A stretch of DNA of 63,194 bases, the filler included, from Octopus bimaculoides (taxonomy: Eukaryota), in NCBI RefSeq assembly GCF_001194135.2. It is 3 parts of 3 records of this genome, joined end to end, with 100 filler letters (N's around TTAATTAATTAA, not from the genome) between each part and the next. Parts side by side here need not be neighbours in the genome. Positions count along the whole stretch, not along the records: positions 1 to 25,233 come from NC_068989.1; positions 25,334 to 56,888 come from NC_068983.1; 1 more part is not named here. One strand, written 5' to 3'. This document shows, in pieces, positions 12,730 to 26,160 of this stretch. The stretch's first letter is position 1. Each line of letters begins with the position of its first letter. Below the pieces are notes generated by a model. It ran no database searches, had not been told where the DNA came from, and was given only the letters and a program-made list of their open reading frames with translations. The position numbers were made by a program, and so were the translations under genes.

Positions 12730-13723
12730 CGAGGTGGTATCAAAAAGTTCCTGGACTAGTTCTGTGGCATGCCAACAGATGGCAGCATACAGTTGCATGC
12801 CCAGTGAGAACTAGCAGTGACCTTCATTAGGCAGTGTGTCAAGTGATATTGCTGTGTTTGCTTCGCAAGTTGTGAAATTTGTGTCTTTGTAATCACATGT
12901 ATGCTGTGGTCTGTGATTTTGTCATGGACAGGAACAAAAAGCCAACGTGAAATTTTGCAATAAACTCGAGAAGTCTGCTGCTACAGAGACATTGAGCATG
13001 CTTCAGTAAGCTTATGGCAATGAGGCAATGGGTTGTACACAATGTTTTGAGTGGCATGGTCACTTCAAAAGTGGAAGAACAACCCTGGAAGATGATGAGC
13101 CATCTTGAAGACTTGCCATGAGCATCACCCATGTGCATCAAGAATTATTCCCCCAGGGCCTGATGAGCCATCTGGAAGACCTGGCATGAGCATCACTCAT
13201 GTGCATCAAGAATTATTCCCCCAGGGCCAAACCATCAATCAAGAGTTCTACTCTGTGACTTTTTAAAGCATTTGAGGGAAGACATTCAGCGAAGGCAACT
13301 GGATCTGTGGAGTGTGAAGAACTGGATTCTTCACGATGACAGTGCACCTTGTCACCAAGCTCTCTTTATTTGTGAATTTCTCACCCAAAACAACATGGTA
13401 TCATCTTCTGCACCTGCCCTATTCACCAGATTTAGCACCTACAGTCTTTCACCTACTCCCCAAGATAAAAATGCAACTCAGAGGTCACCATTTTGACTCC
13501 ATTGTTGAAACCCAGATTGAATTGCAGAAGGTTCTCAACTCACTTCTGGGAAATGACTTTCAGGCTGGATTCCAAAAGTGGCAGGAATGCTGGGACCAGT
13601 GTATCACCTGCTGTGCAAGGTGACTCTTTCGAAGGAGATGATGTTCAAACTGAAGTAAATGATTCTTTTTGTTTGTTTTTTATTAAACAGAACCAGCCTG
13701 AGAACCTTTTTATGCCCACCTCG
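12730..13723 (+). mobile_element. Internally deleted mariner (Tc1/mariner) transposon
   Basis: TA flanks. TIRs CGAGGTGGTATCAAAAAGTTC vs the reverse complement CGAGGTGGGCATAAAAAGGTTC. Remnant motifs WILHDDSAPCH (cf. LHHDNAPAH), YSPDLAP, FQKWQECWDQCI. Confidence 0.85.
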
Positions 13724-16564
13724 TAGTAATCTATGCAATTCTTGATCCATTCCGTCATTCTATCTCTACACGATGATCCTAGTCTTAGAACAACACTGTA
13801 GACTTTACAGTTCACTCAAAGCACAGTTTACCGTTTACACAAGATGTTTGGAATTATATTATTCAATGTATTTAGTGAAGAAAAAGAAGAATTACAGTCT
13901 AGACATTTCATTATCACTAGTGTGTCTTCTTCAGAAATTGAGAGCTTCTCTCAGAGCTTCTGCCAAGTTAGCCCTCTTTCTGTTGGTCAATCTTTCACTT
14001 TTCCTTGAATTATAATTCTTCTAAATATGCCTTAATCAATTTCCTTGAAGCTTTTGTTGTTCAGTACCTAATTTCATACTCATTAGCTACTAGTTCACGA
14101 TTTAGTACTCATTAATTACCAGCCTTTGATTTCTCATGCTCATTAATTACCTGTCTATGCTTTGACAATTATTAATTACAAATCATGGATATTTATTCTC
14201 TCAAATCCAATAATCCACCTCTTTGCATGTCCCAATCAAAGTCAGCACTTAATTCCCAGATTAATTCCAAAATTCACCAACTGCTAAAACTTCAAAGTTT
14301 ATACGATGTTTTGAAGTAAATTTCTAATTAAAAATCATTTCATTAACTTGTCTCTTAAATAATGAATTTTTTTTTATGATAGGCATTTGCTATAAGCAAT
14401 AGAGAGTGTCTCATATTTGTTCCAGCACTTTGTGTTCTGAGTTCAAATCCTATTCTGAACAGCTTAGTCATTACCCTGTTCAGTACAACCACCAGGCACA
14501 ATGGATACCTTTAACAGACTTAGCTCTCAATAGTATATGATCTGACTCTTTATATTCTGAGTTCAAATTCTGCCAAGGCTGACTTGTGTGGTAGATTTAA
14601 TCCATTACCTGGTTTCACACCACCACTTGTTCTTTGGGTGCCATTAATGAATTTCATTCTATTACAAGCATTCAGGCCAGGTGTCTGGTTTTAGGATAAC
14701 TTGCTCTCTTCCTCCCACTGGTCTCAAGGGCCCTAGAAAATGGTCATGGGTGCTGTTTTGTCACTTTGATTAAAAGATTAAAATCAAAAGTGTCCCATAA
14801 ATAGTATGTCATGGAAGTTATCATGTAATATCTATCGGTGTTTCTCCTATGCAATGACTCACGAGACCTCAAAGACAGTCTTTCTATAACTGATGCGTCA
14901 GACAGAGCATTGTGCATGTTTTTGTGACAGAGGGTTTTTTGTCATGTGTAATGATTCATTGAGGGCATCACACAGAAAATGATTCAGGAAACAGTAAATG
15001 TGTCGTGAGTAATGCCTGAAAGAAAGGCGCCTTATAAACACTGTCTCATATGTAATATCTTAAGAAATACAACATAGGAAACCCTCTCAGATTATATATG
15101 ATGTCTTATATGTAACCTAGAGAGCGTCTTCCTAAGCACTGTCAGGCAGAGAATGATTAAGGAGGAATAATTCATAAAGAATGACAAAAACTGTGTCATC
15201 AATAATGTCTCATATAGAATGTTTCATATGTTACGGTTCTCAAAGAGAACAATACATAAAGACTGTCTCCGAGAGAGCTTCTCACAAGAAATAGCAAACA
15301 GAGAATAACTAATAGGTAACATTTATAAAGAGTGAGTGTCTTACATGGGGGGGGGGGGACTTAATGGAAGAAGTTCAGTAGGTTAAATGCAATAGAATAA
15401 GAAACAATTAGCCAAATTATTTGAAGATTGGTCTCCTGTTATTATCAGTTGTCATGACCTTTTCGAAATTATGATACTGCTCCATATGACCGTTTGATCT
15501 ACCAGAAATAGCAATCAAATGTCTCTGTTTCCTGTCTTAAGAAGAAGAAGGATACATCAGCTTATGTAGTCCACAGTGAGCCTCTCACATATAATAGAAG
15601 AAGCATTTATATGGGTGGATGAATGAAACCAGCATGAACAAGGAAATCCCTTTCATCACAAAACAGAAACCAAACGTACTTAGCAATCACAGATGTCCAA
15701 TTTGGAGATTGTCAGTCAACCATGATTGCAACATGAGGCACTATATATCAGTGTGACCAGATATTGCATAACAGGATGTTACATATAGGTTGTTGCATAC
15801 AGAATGTTGTATATGGAATGTCTGCTAATCAGATTCCCAATTGTTTGATAATCTTCACGTTGAAGTGTCTCTGTGGTCAGCTTCTGTTCATAATTGCCTG
15901 CAGCCTTTGATTGTAGCCGACTCAACTCATCCCGAATGAACACTGACATAAATAACCAGATGGGATAATCACATCTGGAATGTTTTTGATTATAGATATC
16001 TGCTTGATCAGGATTGGCCCTAGGCTATGCAAACACAATAACAACAGAAACTTCACATAACTGAATCCATTCCTAAGTGTGTCGTTGGCCATGAGATCTC
16101 TGTCATAGAAACAAGGAACCATTTCTCTGGTCTTCATTTTGGTTTGTTTATATATTTTGTTTGGTTTCCCAAAGATTAGTTTTGGAACCCAAACAACCAA
16201 AGAAGACCCCCTATGGAGATAGCCATGGCAACAGAACCTGCTGAGAATGGTTGTAATTGAGAAGAAGCCCACAGATGGAGCCCAGGAAAAGTCCTTACCG
16301 CTTTGCCTCTCTGCCACTCAGGTGAAGCATTCAGGTTAAGGCTTGGAATGCTCATGACCCTGAGATACCGACTCTCAACAGTGGACTTCTTTTATTCACC
16401 AACCAAAAAAGAAAACAAGCTTTTCAAAAAGCCTTTTGATGTTCACCTGAGACTGCTCCTGGTTCTATTCTACCAACTTCTTTTTTAAAGGGATCTAAAT
16501 TAAAAACCTTCTATTAAAAAATTTTATGTTAATTTATGTTCCAAATATCAACTTACTTATGACA

Positions 16565-16860
16565 CAGTCCCGGCTGTGTGGTTAAAAAGCTTGCCTTGCA
16601 TCCGTATGGTTTCATGTCTGTTTTCCATGTTAGCAGGAGTAGGACAGGAACTGACAAATCAGAAGACCTTTAAGCTCTGCTGTCTGTATTGGCATGCTTT
16701 CTACACCCAGATACCCTTCCTCTGTGTGTGTGTGTGTGTGTGTGTGCAAGTGAGTGTGTGGGTATGTGTTTGTCTCCTCATCACCACTTGGCAATTGGTG
16801 AAGGTTTGTTTATACCCCCATAACTTAGTGATTTGTCCAAAACAACTGATAAAATAAGAA
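16565..16860 (+). mobile_element. Degenerate SINE family B copy
   Basis: cggctgtgtggttaaaaagcttgcc head; cccataacttagtgatttgtccaaaa body. Confidence 0.45.
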
Positions 16861-17558
16861 AATAAACACCACGGGGTGGGGGGGCAGTTTTTTTTCAAAG
16901 CAGTGCCTTTGCATGGCCAGAGTCCAGTAGCAAAAACAGTTAAAAGATAGAATTTAAAAAATCTTCTAATATGAAAGAAAAATAAAACAAAAGCAGTGTA
17001 ATTCCACAGAGATCTAGAGTCAGGTAAGAGTGAATGTAGCTTTCTGTTTGTATTTTTTTTTTTTGTTTTTAGTTTCAGCTTAGAGCTGCGGCCATGCTGA
17101 TGCACCGCCGTGTATATCGGAATTGATTTCACCTTTATTGCCAATGAGGAACATTTCTCTTAACAGTCAACATGTTCCTGCTATCAGGAATATCAGATTT
17201 TAAATGGATTTTCTGCTTGCAGCAATTATTGAAGCAGGTCTCTCATTTCTTCTGACTTTTTTTCCCTATTTTTTTATGTGATTTAAAAAAAATTTTGTGG
17301 TGATGGGTAGGTTATCTTTTAATTTAATAATTCCATTTTTGTGGCTGCTGTACACAAATACATTAATTACGCCACCACTTAAGCCAACTATAGGTTAGAA
17401 CATCCTTGACTAAAAGATTAAACTCATATTTTCGTGAATTTTGAATGCATTTTTGTTGCAATTTGCATACACATTCATACATGGACATATATAATGGTAT
17501 GTACTTGTGTGGTTGTTTGAGCACTCACTTTAAATTCTCTAATTTACATATGTGTAAA

Positions 17559-17592
<34 letters not shown>

Positions 17593-17661
17593 CACATACA
17601 CACTGCAGTGTATACACACATGCACAAACACCATTTATATATATATATATATATATATATA

Positions 17662-17819
17662 TCATCATCATCATCATCATCGTTTAACGTCCGCTTTCCA
17701 TGCTGGCATGGGTTGGACGATCTGACTGAGGACTGGTGAAACCGGATGGCAACACCAGGCTCCAATCTAATTTGGCAGAGTTTCTACAGCTGGATGCCCT
17801 TCCTAACGCCAACCACTCC
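17662..17819 (-). mobile_element. Young RTE-tailed element 3' end, running into a gap
   Basis: (ATC)n cgtttaacgtccgctttccatgctggcatgggttggacg...ttcctaacgccaaccactcc is close to the reverse complement of 990-1140. Confidence 0.8.
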
Positions 17820-17995
17820 NNNNNNNNNNNNNNNNNNNNNNNNNNNNNNNNNNNNNNNNNNNNNNNNNNNNNNNNNNNNNNNNNNNNNNNNNNNNNNNNN
17901 NNNNNNNNNNNNNNNNNNNNNNNNNNNNNNNNNNNNNNNNNNNNNNNNNNNNNNNNNNNNNNNNNNNNNNNNNNNNNNNNNNNNNNNNNNNNNNN

Positions 17996-18057
<62 letters not shown>

Positions 18058-18500
18058 GGATAGATAGATAGATAGATAGATAGCTACACACACACACACA
18101 CATATATATATTGGTCAGTATCATCATAAACATCATCAGCATCATGCACACTGTAAACAAAAGTATAATAAACAATGACAAAAACTGAGAATGATGCTTG
18201 GTTTAGAAAAAAGAAAAAAAGGTATTGTGTAGGGGCCATTATCATGTCTTGTTTATGCAGTTGCACTTATGATATGCAACAAATACATCAAAACTCTTAT
18301 TTTTGGACTCCAAATAATTCTGTGATAGATAATGGTTTATCATAGATAATGTTTCATTTTCAGTTGATCTTCTTCTATTTTATATTTTTCTGTTATGCTT
18401 GTTTTTTTTTTATATTTTCATTTCTAAAATATTGAATCAAAACACACAAAACAAAATAAGGTAGAAAATAAGTCTATGCAATGGTAGAAAACCAAAAACA

Positions 18501-18541
<41 letters not shown>

Positions 18542-18607
18542 GACCACTTTCTCGTTCCTGTCATTCCCTATCTTTAGTGGCATATATTTTGTTTATGTGT
18601 GTGTGTG

Positions 18608-18681
<74 letters not shown>

Positions 18682-18786
18682 CTATCAGAATATCTCAGCC
18701 TGATATATTTCAGAATACATGGTTATTATTGATCTTCTTTTTACCAAGAGCAACAACAAAAATGAGAACTATTGCTTCTGTGAGGC

Positions 18787-19074
18787 CAGGTGGGGAGAAC
18801 CAGGTGGGGAGAACCAGGTGGGGAGAACCAGGTGGGGAGAACCAGGTGGGGAGAACCAGGTGGGGAGAACCAGGTGGGNNNNNNNNNNNNNNNNNNNNNN
18901 NNNNNNNNNNNNNNNNNNNNNNNNNNNNNNNNNNNNNNNNNNNNNNNNNNNNNNNNNNNNNNNNNNNNNNNAGGTGGGGAGAACCAGGTGGGGAGAACCA
19001 GGTGGGGAGAACCAGGTGGGGAGAACCAGGTGGGGAGAACCAGGTGGGGAGAACCAGGTGGGGAGAACCAGGTG
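18787..19074. repeat. 14-bp G-rich minisatellite (CAGGTGGGGAGAAC)n
   Basis: Identical units on both sides of the gap at 18879-18971. Confidence 0.95.
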
Positions 19075-20249
19075 TGCGTTGGCTCAGAGTCTGGCAAGCA
19101 TAATTCATTGTGTCACTCTGACTCTGGGATTTAGTTTTTGTTTCATGGATGGTCGGCTGGGTGGGGGGGCATTGGAAATATTATTGTGAATTTGTGTATG
19201 GGACAAGTCCCAGCTGCAGTATTGATGAGCAAAATAACAGAGGTGTATGAACTAATTCCGTAGTTTGACTTGTAGTGAAGATAATGAAGTAACACACACA
19301 CACGCACACACACATACACCATGGAGATAATTGAATGCAAGCCACATGTCACCAGAATTGATGTTGCAGCTGTGAAGTTATCTGCAGTTGTCTTGACTTA
19401 TACTTGGTCATGGTTATCATCAACATCAGCATCAGCATCATCAATCTCATCATCCTCATCACCATTATTGTCTTTATCATTTTTATGCTCCTCCTCCGCC
19501 TCCTCCCCATCCTTCCTTCACCACACACTCCCCTGTTTTAGAAAACCCTCTAATTTTTAAGTATTGGTAAATAATAATAACAACGGTGATGATAATGATG
19601 ATCTCTGTTATCGGTCGCCATTAGGGTCCTCGAAAAGGAAGACAACATCAAAGGATAACATACAACACACGGAAAAACAGATTAGAGTTTACATCGATCA
19701 AAGGGAGAAGAAGAAAAAATAATTTATTGTGTCTGGGGAGAGTCATTCTCTTTTAATGCCTTATTAATTTAACACACTCACTGGTCCGATTTCCACTCAT
19801 TTACTTATTTAGTTTTACTAAAATTTTTGTTGCATTTTGCAACCTTTTTATTAGTCGTTGACTAAGTCTGTTGTCGGAATTGCATTCTCTTTTTTGTTTG
19901 TTTGTTTGTGTGCATCAATGTTTGTGCGCATGCACATATGTATGTGTGTGTATGTATGTGTGTGTGCATATATGTGTGTATTCATGTGTGCATGTTTGTA
20001 TGTATGGTTTCTGCATATCCATGTGCTTGTGCATTCATGTTTGTGTGTGTGTGTTTGTATTCATGTTTGTGTGTGTGTGTTTGTGTGTGCATGTTTTGTG
20101 TGTGTGTGTTTGTGTGTGCATGTTTGAATGTGTCTGTGTATGGGTTTGTGTGACTTTGTATGTGCGTCTGTCATGTATGGATGTGTGTCTTCACATGTGT
20201 GTCCTTGTGTGAAGTGTGTGTGTGTGTGTGTGTGGTCATGTGTTTCAGT

Positions 20250-20520
20250 CTTCATTTGAATGCCTTTGTTTAGTTTATTTCAAGATTTCTTGCCAATAGA
20301 GAAAGAACCAGACTAAGTTTGTAAGAGCGGACAACATCAATCAAGGGCCTCACAAGGTATTCTTCCATCATACATAACATTCCAGTACCAGTCTCAAAAT
20401 CCTTGCTGTGTTCAATAAAGCATGTTCTACTCTCATCTCAATCCCAATATCTCCAACAAATTTCTCAAACCTGGTTGTTAAAGCTCCTAGTGCCCCTACA
20501 ATTACTGGTTTCTTTCCTCA
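20250..20520 (-). mobile_element. Old RLE-type (R4/Dong-like) LINE C-terminal fragment
   Basis: The reverse strand reads VIVGALGALTTRFEKFVGDIGIEMRVEHALLNTARIL, homologous to the C-terminus at 36550-36697. Confidence 0.7.
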
Positions 20521-21469
20521 TTGTCTACATTTGTGCAATCTCATCTTGTCATCATTATTATTACTAGCAAATCTACCCATTTACAATGGAGGCATAAAAT
20601 GAAGGAGGAAAGTCATAACAGCAGAAATGTATTGAGAAATGTGTGAATGGACTTGATAGAATACTGGTCTAAGAGAAACCACATTATTGTTGGTGATACA
20701 GCATTCTCTTGCCACTATATGAAATGTGTTTGGACTAAGTGACATGTGATGACGATTCACTTCCGAACTGAAATAGGCTGAATCATGAATGGTTATGTGG
20801 ACCACTCCTAACAGAAGTTACATCTTCCTTTGACCACTACATAAAAAATATTAAGAAAAAAATGTTATTTAGATATACTTTTATTTTAGCGACATATAAC
20901 TGGCCATGTGTAAACATCTGAGTGTGTAAAAATACACCCACATGATCCAGAGTCTGGCTCTGTGCCTTCTTTGCTGTGAATATGCAAGCGGAATCTTTAG
21001 GGTTGCAAAAAATCAAAGGAATACCTACCTCTTACTGTTCTATGCGAATAATGTCTGGATGTTCTGGTACCATGAGTTATTTTGATTGACAAAATGGAAA
21101 TGTAAACAACAGCTGCTTCAATTAGTCATTTTGAATCCTGCTCGCGACTGATACACTTCAATAACCAGTCCATACTGACACACACTTTTTCCATTTTATT
21201 TTCACTATTAACCATCCTCATGACCCCCTTTGTATCTACGATGGGGCCATGAACTATATGATGAAAATCCAGAGTTACTCATGGCTGGTGAATATTTAAT
21301 AAAAATGCAAAACTGGTTTATCAATTCAAAAATCAATATCCACGAAATAATCAAACTTTCTGACTTTTAAGGCTAAAAACCTTCCTGACAACTGTCTTTG
21401 TAATCCCGAAAGATATCGTAACCATTGGTCCAGCCTGGCCATGAAGAGGGAACAGACAGACGGACATAA

Positions 21470-21960
21470 TGCCCATTATAGTAAGATTATTGATTGAGAG
21501 AACAATGCATACCATCAAAGTGACATAGGACCACAAATATACAAATCCCAATGTATCCATCATGACTACCCTGATAAGAGTACACAAGCCCATGTATCAC
21601 AATCATGCGTATAACATGTGATCTCATATCAAGGTAAACAGTGTATGATCTTACAGGTGGGGCCCAGTTAGAATTTTCATCAGGTCAAGTAGCCCATTCC
21701 ACTCAAAAGGTCCCTGAATAAAGTTTAAGGATGATGAACAAAACACCCATGTGTCCATAAGTGAATTTTTCAAGTCCCCTAAAATTCCTCTCAACATATA
21801 GCTATGATGCTCTCCCACTACTCCTGCTCATGATCAGAGATGCATATATGATCAGCCACTAAGGGGCATACACAAATGGTTAGGGTTAAGCAACAGATGA
21901 GCAAATCTCTGGTATTGAGCAGAGTATTTATTGCAGCCCACCTTTTACACCAGACATGCA
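21470..21960 (-). mobile_element. Non-coding dispersed repeat, same family as 36795-37005
   Basis: The reverse complement of 21740-21940 aligns by eye to 36800-37005 (ggtggctga..atatgtgcatctctgatca..gagcatcatagc). Confidence 0.7.
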
Positions 21961-22029
21961 CATAACACTTCCAATCAGTTAAGATCAGAAGCCATGAAGA
22001 TCATTGCCTGATAATGCATCAGGGCATTA

Positions 22030-22620
22030 TTATCATTATTCTTTTTAACTCAGGTTTACATACAAGATGTGTAACGGGCTCGCTGCCTGCATCCTACAGT
22101 TCCATGCTATCTGTTCTTGTCAACTAATACTTTCTTGATTATTCTGGCTATGCCAAGGAGACAAACCTTTTTGTAACAGTTCTACTAGGCATTCTATTCC
22201 GATTTCCTTTATATTCCTTTTGAGGCATTCTGATACTGTCCCCATGGATCGAACAGTAATTGGTTTTATCTTTGCTTTCTTCATTTTCCATAGCCAAGCT
22301 ATTTTGTATTTAAGAGGATTGTATATGTCTATTTCTTGGCCGTCCTTCTTGACTATTTGTGTGTCAAAGAGCCACACAACATCAATTATACAGTGCATGT
22401 CGTACACTTGTCCATCGCCACTACATCCAGCTTGTTTATGCTCCAGCACCTGTTTCGGTTGTGAAATCACACAGGATTTTGGAGGTTTCTGAGTCTGTCA
22501 TTCTCTGCAATTTGTGCTCCCGCCACGTCTTGCCTCCCTCTAGACTCCACTTTTCACATAGTTTTCAGTGTAGCACTTTCACTACTTCATTGTGTCACCA
22601 CAACTTATAATGGTTTTCAG
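22030..22620 (-). mobile_element. Old RLE-type LINE fragment
   Basis: ORF 22120-22470 contains CIIDV, LKYKIAWLWKMKK, PITVRSMGTVS and IGIECLVELLQK, a degenerate RLE domain like the one at 36347. Confidence 0.7.
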
Positions 22621-23275
22621 CATGTCTATAGCATCATGATATGGGTAATGCTTTCATTCATTCCATTACAAATGCAGCACAGTGGAGACACTTGCTCATT
22701 CCTAAGGTTCACCCTCCAATTTCAGGGCCAAAGTCTTATGCTGCCTGTATAGTGCTCTCAGTCTCTTTTTTCAGTGTTCCTTTCTGCAGCCAATTCCACC
22801 TCTGTCTTTTACTTGTGGCTATATAGAATTGATTGTGTACTCCCTTGTTGCGTAAAGCTTTTTCATGTCCTTTTTGTACTTCTTTTGCTTTCCCTTTTTT
22901 TTCATCTGCTTTCAATATTTCCTCATTCCTAACTGACACTAACGAACAAGTTTCCCTTATTTTGGGATAAGTATCTCAGTAAGCTCCCAAGATCAATACG
23001 TACGCAGTCTTCCACACTTATCGCTTCCCTTCGTCCATTTCTTCTCTTCGGCTTCCATGCATTCTTTCTTGTCTTCCTTTCCAGTTCTGCATACTTTGCT
23101 TTAGTAATGGGAAGGTTTCCTTTTCTATTTTCTATTGTATTGAAAATTTTGTAGTAAGTGTGGTGGTTAGTAGTGATATTTTCTCAATGTTATGCATATC
23201 TATAAGTCATGGGCTTTCTTTATGTGTTTGCCTATCATGTGCTTGTATGTGCACACGCATTCTACAGGTAACATT

Positions 23276-23620
23276 CATCATCATCATCTCATTATTTAGC
23301 GTCTACTTTCCATGCTGGCATGAGTTAGATGGTTTGTCAGGAGCTGCCAGAGGACAGCGCTAAGCTCTACAGTCTGCTTTGGTATGGTTTTAATGGCTGG
23401 ATGACTTTCCTAATGCCAACCACTTAACAGAGTGTACTGGGTGCTTTATACATGGCACCAACACCAATGAGGTCACCAAGTAACTTGCAAGACTAGATCC
23501 TTAAAACAAAGGGGTAGTAATATTGAGGGAGGTTGCTTTGTACTAGGTAATGCATGGTAAAACTATGACAGGGGGAGAGAAAATAAGGGTAAATATGTGC
23601 CAGGGCATACCATCAAGGCA
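23276..23620 (-). mobile_element. RTE-tailed element
   Basis: (ATC)n...tactttccatgctggcatgag...ggctggatgactttcctaatgccaaccac. Confidence 0.65.
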
Positions 23621-24463
23621 GAGGGAAGTGAATATAAGTGGTACAAAAGATTTGAAACAGAAAGGGGAAAAATGTGTGCACACAAAACCAACCAAAGCAA
23701 AACAAAAAAACAATAACATTAGAATATATGCATAATGATTTGTCTTATTTATGAAAAATCAAATTTAGAAATTATTGAGATGTACTTACTTTGCTAGTAC
23801 TTTGATAAAGTGACGTTCATGGTTTTTATGTATTTCTGACTGACTAACTTAATGTCATCCATACTGTAATTGCTTCCAATTTAAAAAGTATTTCAAATAC
23901 ATAATAAAATCTGGATGCACTTAAAATGGTGAGCATTTGGCTTGGTGAGCAATATGGTATGAGAGCAATGGTTATTCACATCCAGGCTCACATACTTTGC
24001 AAAGGAAAACTAAATTGACTCACAAGTAAATTCTGCATACATCTGCAACTAAAGAATTAGAAGAAACATTGAGTATATCCATTTACTGCAAATTTTCTGC
24101 TTTTTTACCAATTAATTGAAGAGACTGTATTGTTCTGTATCTGCCTAGTTGACCTGATTAAGCAAACTTATCATCATATGTGCATCAATCCCTCATCGTC
24201 TTTTCTTGATTTCTAAAGGTAAGGATATCCAAGACTACCAGTCCTTTTTTCCATTTTGTTTATGTGGGTAGCACTTGATTTGAAGATATTTAGCTGTTAT
24301 TTCTAGCAAGTTGACAGACTATGTCCTAACTTCTGAGTTGACTTTAAGAGGCTCTGTAACACTGGCAGGTACAGGAAGAACAGTTTATTTATTTTTAATG
24401 ATGTGACAATTATGGGATTATTTTATTTTATTTTCAAATCTTTATATGTGTGTGTGTATGTGC

Positions 24464-24517
<54 letters not shown>

Positions 24518-25078
24518 NNNNNNNNNNNNNNNNNNNNNNNNNNNNNNNNNNNNNNNNNNNNNNNNNNNNNNNNNNNNNNNNNNNNNNNNNNNNNNNNNNN
24601 NNNNNNNNNNNNNNNNNNNNNNNNNNNNNNNNNNNNNNNNNNNNNNNNNNNNNNNNNNNNNNNNNNNNNNNNNNNNNNNNNNAAAAAAAAAAAAAAAAAA
24701 TTAACACCAAATATACAGTGCGTGTGTTTTTATTGGCTAAACTGGCAACATGACCATCCCCAAGTACAACAACATATATATATATAGTTTTAGGGAATTG
24801 AGTTTTTACCTGTAATTTTGGATTTTGTCCCTAATATTATTATATATATATATAGATATGCTCACATGTATGTGTACATATATGTATGCATGTACGTACA
24901 TACATACATGTACACATACATGCAAACATAAATATATATATACACACACACACACATACATATGTATGTATATGCATAATATCAATTAGATGTCTACGAA
25001 TTAATTACCATTGCCTTGGAGTTATTCTATTGAAAACTGATAATGTAAGTTAGTAGAATGGCTGGACTTTTCAAATAT

Positions 25079-25233
25079 AATTATGCAGATTTTCCATTAT
25101 TTTCAATTATGCAGATTTTCCATTATTTTCAATTATGCAGATTTTCCATTATTTTCAATTATGCAGATTTTCCATTATTTTCAATTATGCAGATTTTCCA
25201 TTATTTTCAATTATGCAGATTTTCCATTATTTT
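25079..25233. repeat. 26-bp minisatellite (AATTATGCAGATTTTCCATTATTTTC)n, about 6 copies, truncated by a gap
   Basis: Exact 26-bp period with no spacers. Confidence 0.95.
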
Positions 25234-25333
25234 NNNNNNNNNNNNNNNNNNNNNNNNNNNNNNNNNNNNNNNNNNNNTTAATTAATTAANNNNNNNNNNN
25301 NNNNNNNNNNNNNNNNNNNNNNNNNNNNNNNNN

Positions 25334-25452
25334 CAAAACACTTTCAATACAGTAACCATAAGAGCATCACAGCAAACCACACCACATACCCAAGGCGCAC
25401 AGAGCTGCACTCGGTAGTGAAGTGAAAGCACGTTATAAAAATAAAACTACTG
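25334..25452 (+). mobile_element. Probable LINE 3' UTR ending in an (AAC)/(AAT)n array
   Basis: Non-microsatellite sequence terminating directly in caacaac/aataat, upstream of the next RLE element. The 5' part is in a gap. Assignment is inference. Confidence 0.4.
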
Positions 25453-25473
25453 AACAACAACAACAACAACAAC

Positions 25474-25516
<43 letters not shown>

Positions 25517-25548
25517 GTAATAACAATGATGATAATAATAATAATATT

Positions 25549-26157
25549 AGTGCTTGTGAGAATCTTGCGCAGAAAGAGTACAAGTGTAGACACGACAAGT
25601 GTAGCCCAAAGCCTCCACTGGCTACTATGCCGTAAGTATGGACATGAGGTTACGGGTGCTTGGTACCAACATACACCCGGAAAAGGTAATGGACGAAAAG
25701 GGGAAGGCAAAAATCCTCTGGGACTTTGACTTCCAGTCAGACATGTTATTAGAGCACCGAAGGCCTGATATAGTAACCTTTAGGAGGGACAAACAAGAGT
25801 GCCCGATAATCGACGTGGCAGTGCCAAGAGATCAATATATTATCACGAAAGAAAGAAAAATGATTGATAAATATGGAGACCTGAGAATTGAGACAGCTAA
25901 GATGTGGCAGCTACGAGGGTCGAACATAACGGTTATCCCTATTATCATTGGAGCGTTATCCCAATCCGAAAAAAACCCAAAAAACCATCTGAAGCCTTTA
26001 GAAATACCCTACAATCTAGGTGTATTGCAAGAGTCGGTATTATTTGGAACTGTACGCATATTGAGGTCCTTGTTGCTACTTGACAAACAGTACAAACCCC
26101 CGGTAGACACAATGTCTTCAATCAACAACCACACGATATTGTGTACTGTGCGACGTC

Positions 26158-26160
<3 letters not shown>
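25549..26160 (+). mobile_element. 5'-truncated RLE-type (R4/Dong-like) LINE within (AAT)n
   Basis: With two frameshifts: ACENLAQKEYKCRHDK/VAQSLHWLLCRKY...KILWDFDFQSD..HRRPDIV..IIDVAVP..KMIDKY..PIIIGAL..GTVRILR. (AAT)n on both sides. Confidence 0.9.

Noticed and set aside
14860-15340. Recurring tgtctcata-like words
   Set aside because: No consistent period; probably a decayed simple repeat.
15922-16317. 131-aa ORF
   Set aside because: It crosses an acceptor-like pyrimidine tract with no known motif; only a sub-segment is kept as a weak exon candidate.
18710-19189. RWGEPGGENQVGRT repeat proteins or a CRISPR-like array
   Set aside because: A spacerless 14-bp tandem repeat that is open in all frames; eukaryotic context with no cas genes.
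19600-19865. Possible Penelope-like terminal repeat
   Set aside because: Single copy in the window with no diagnostic motif visible.
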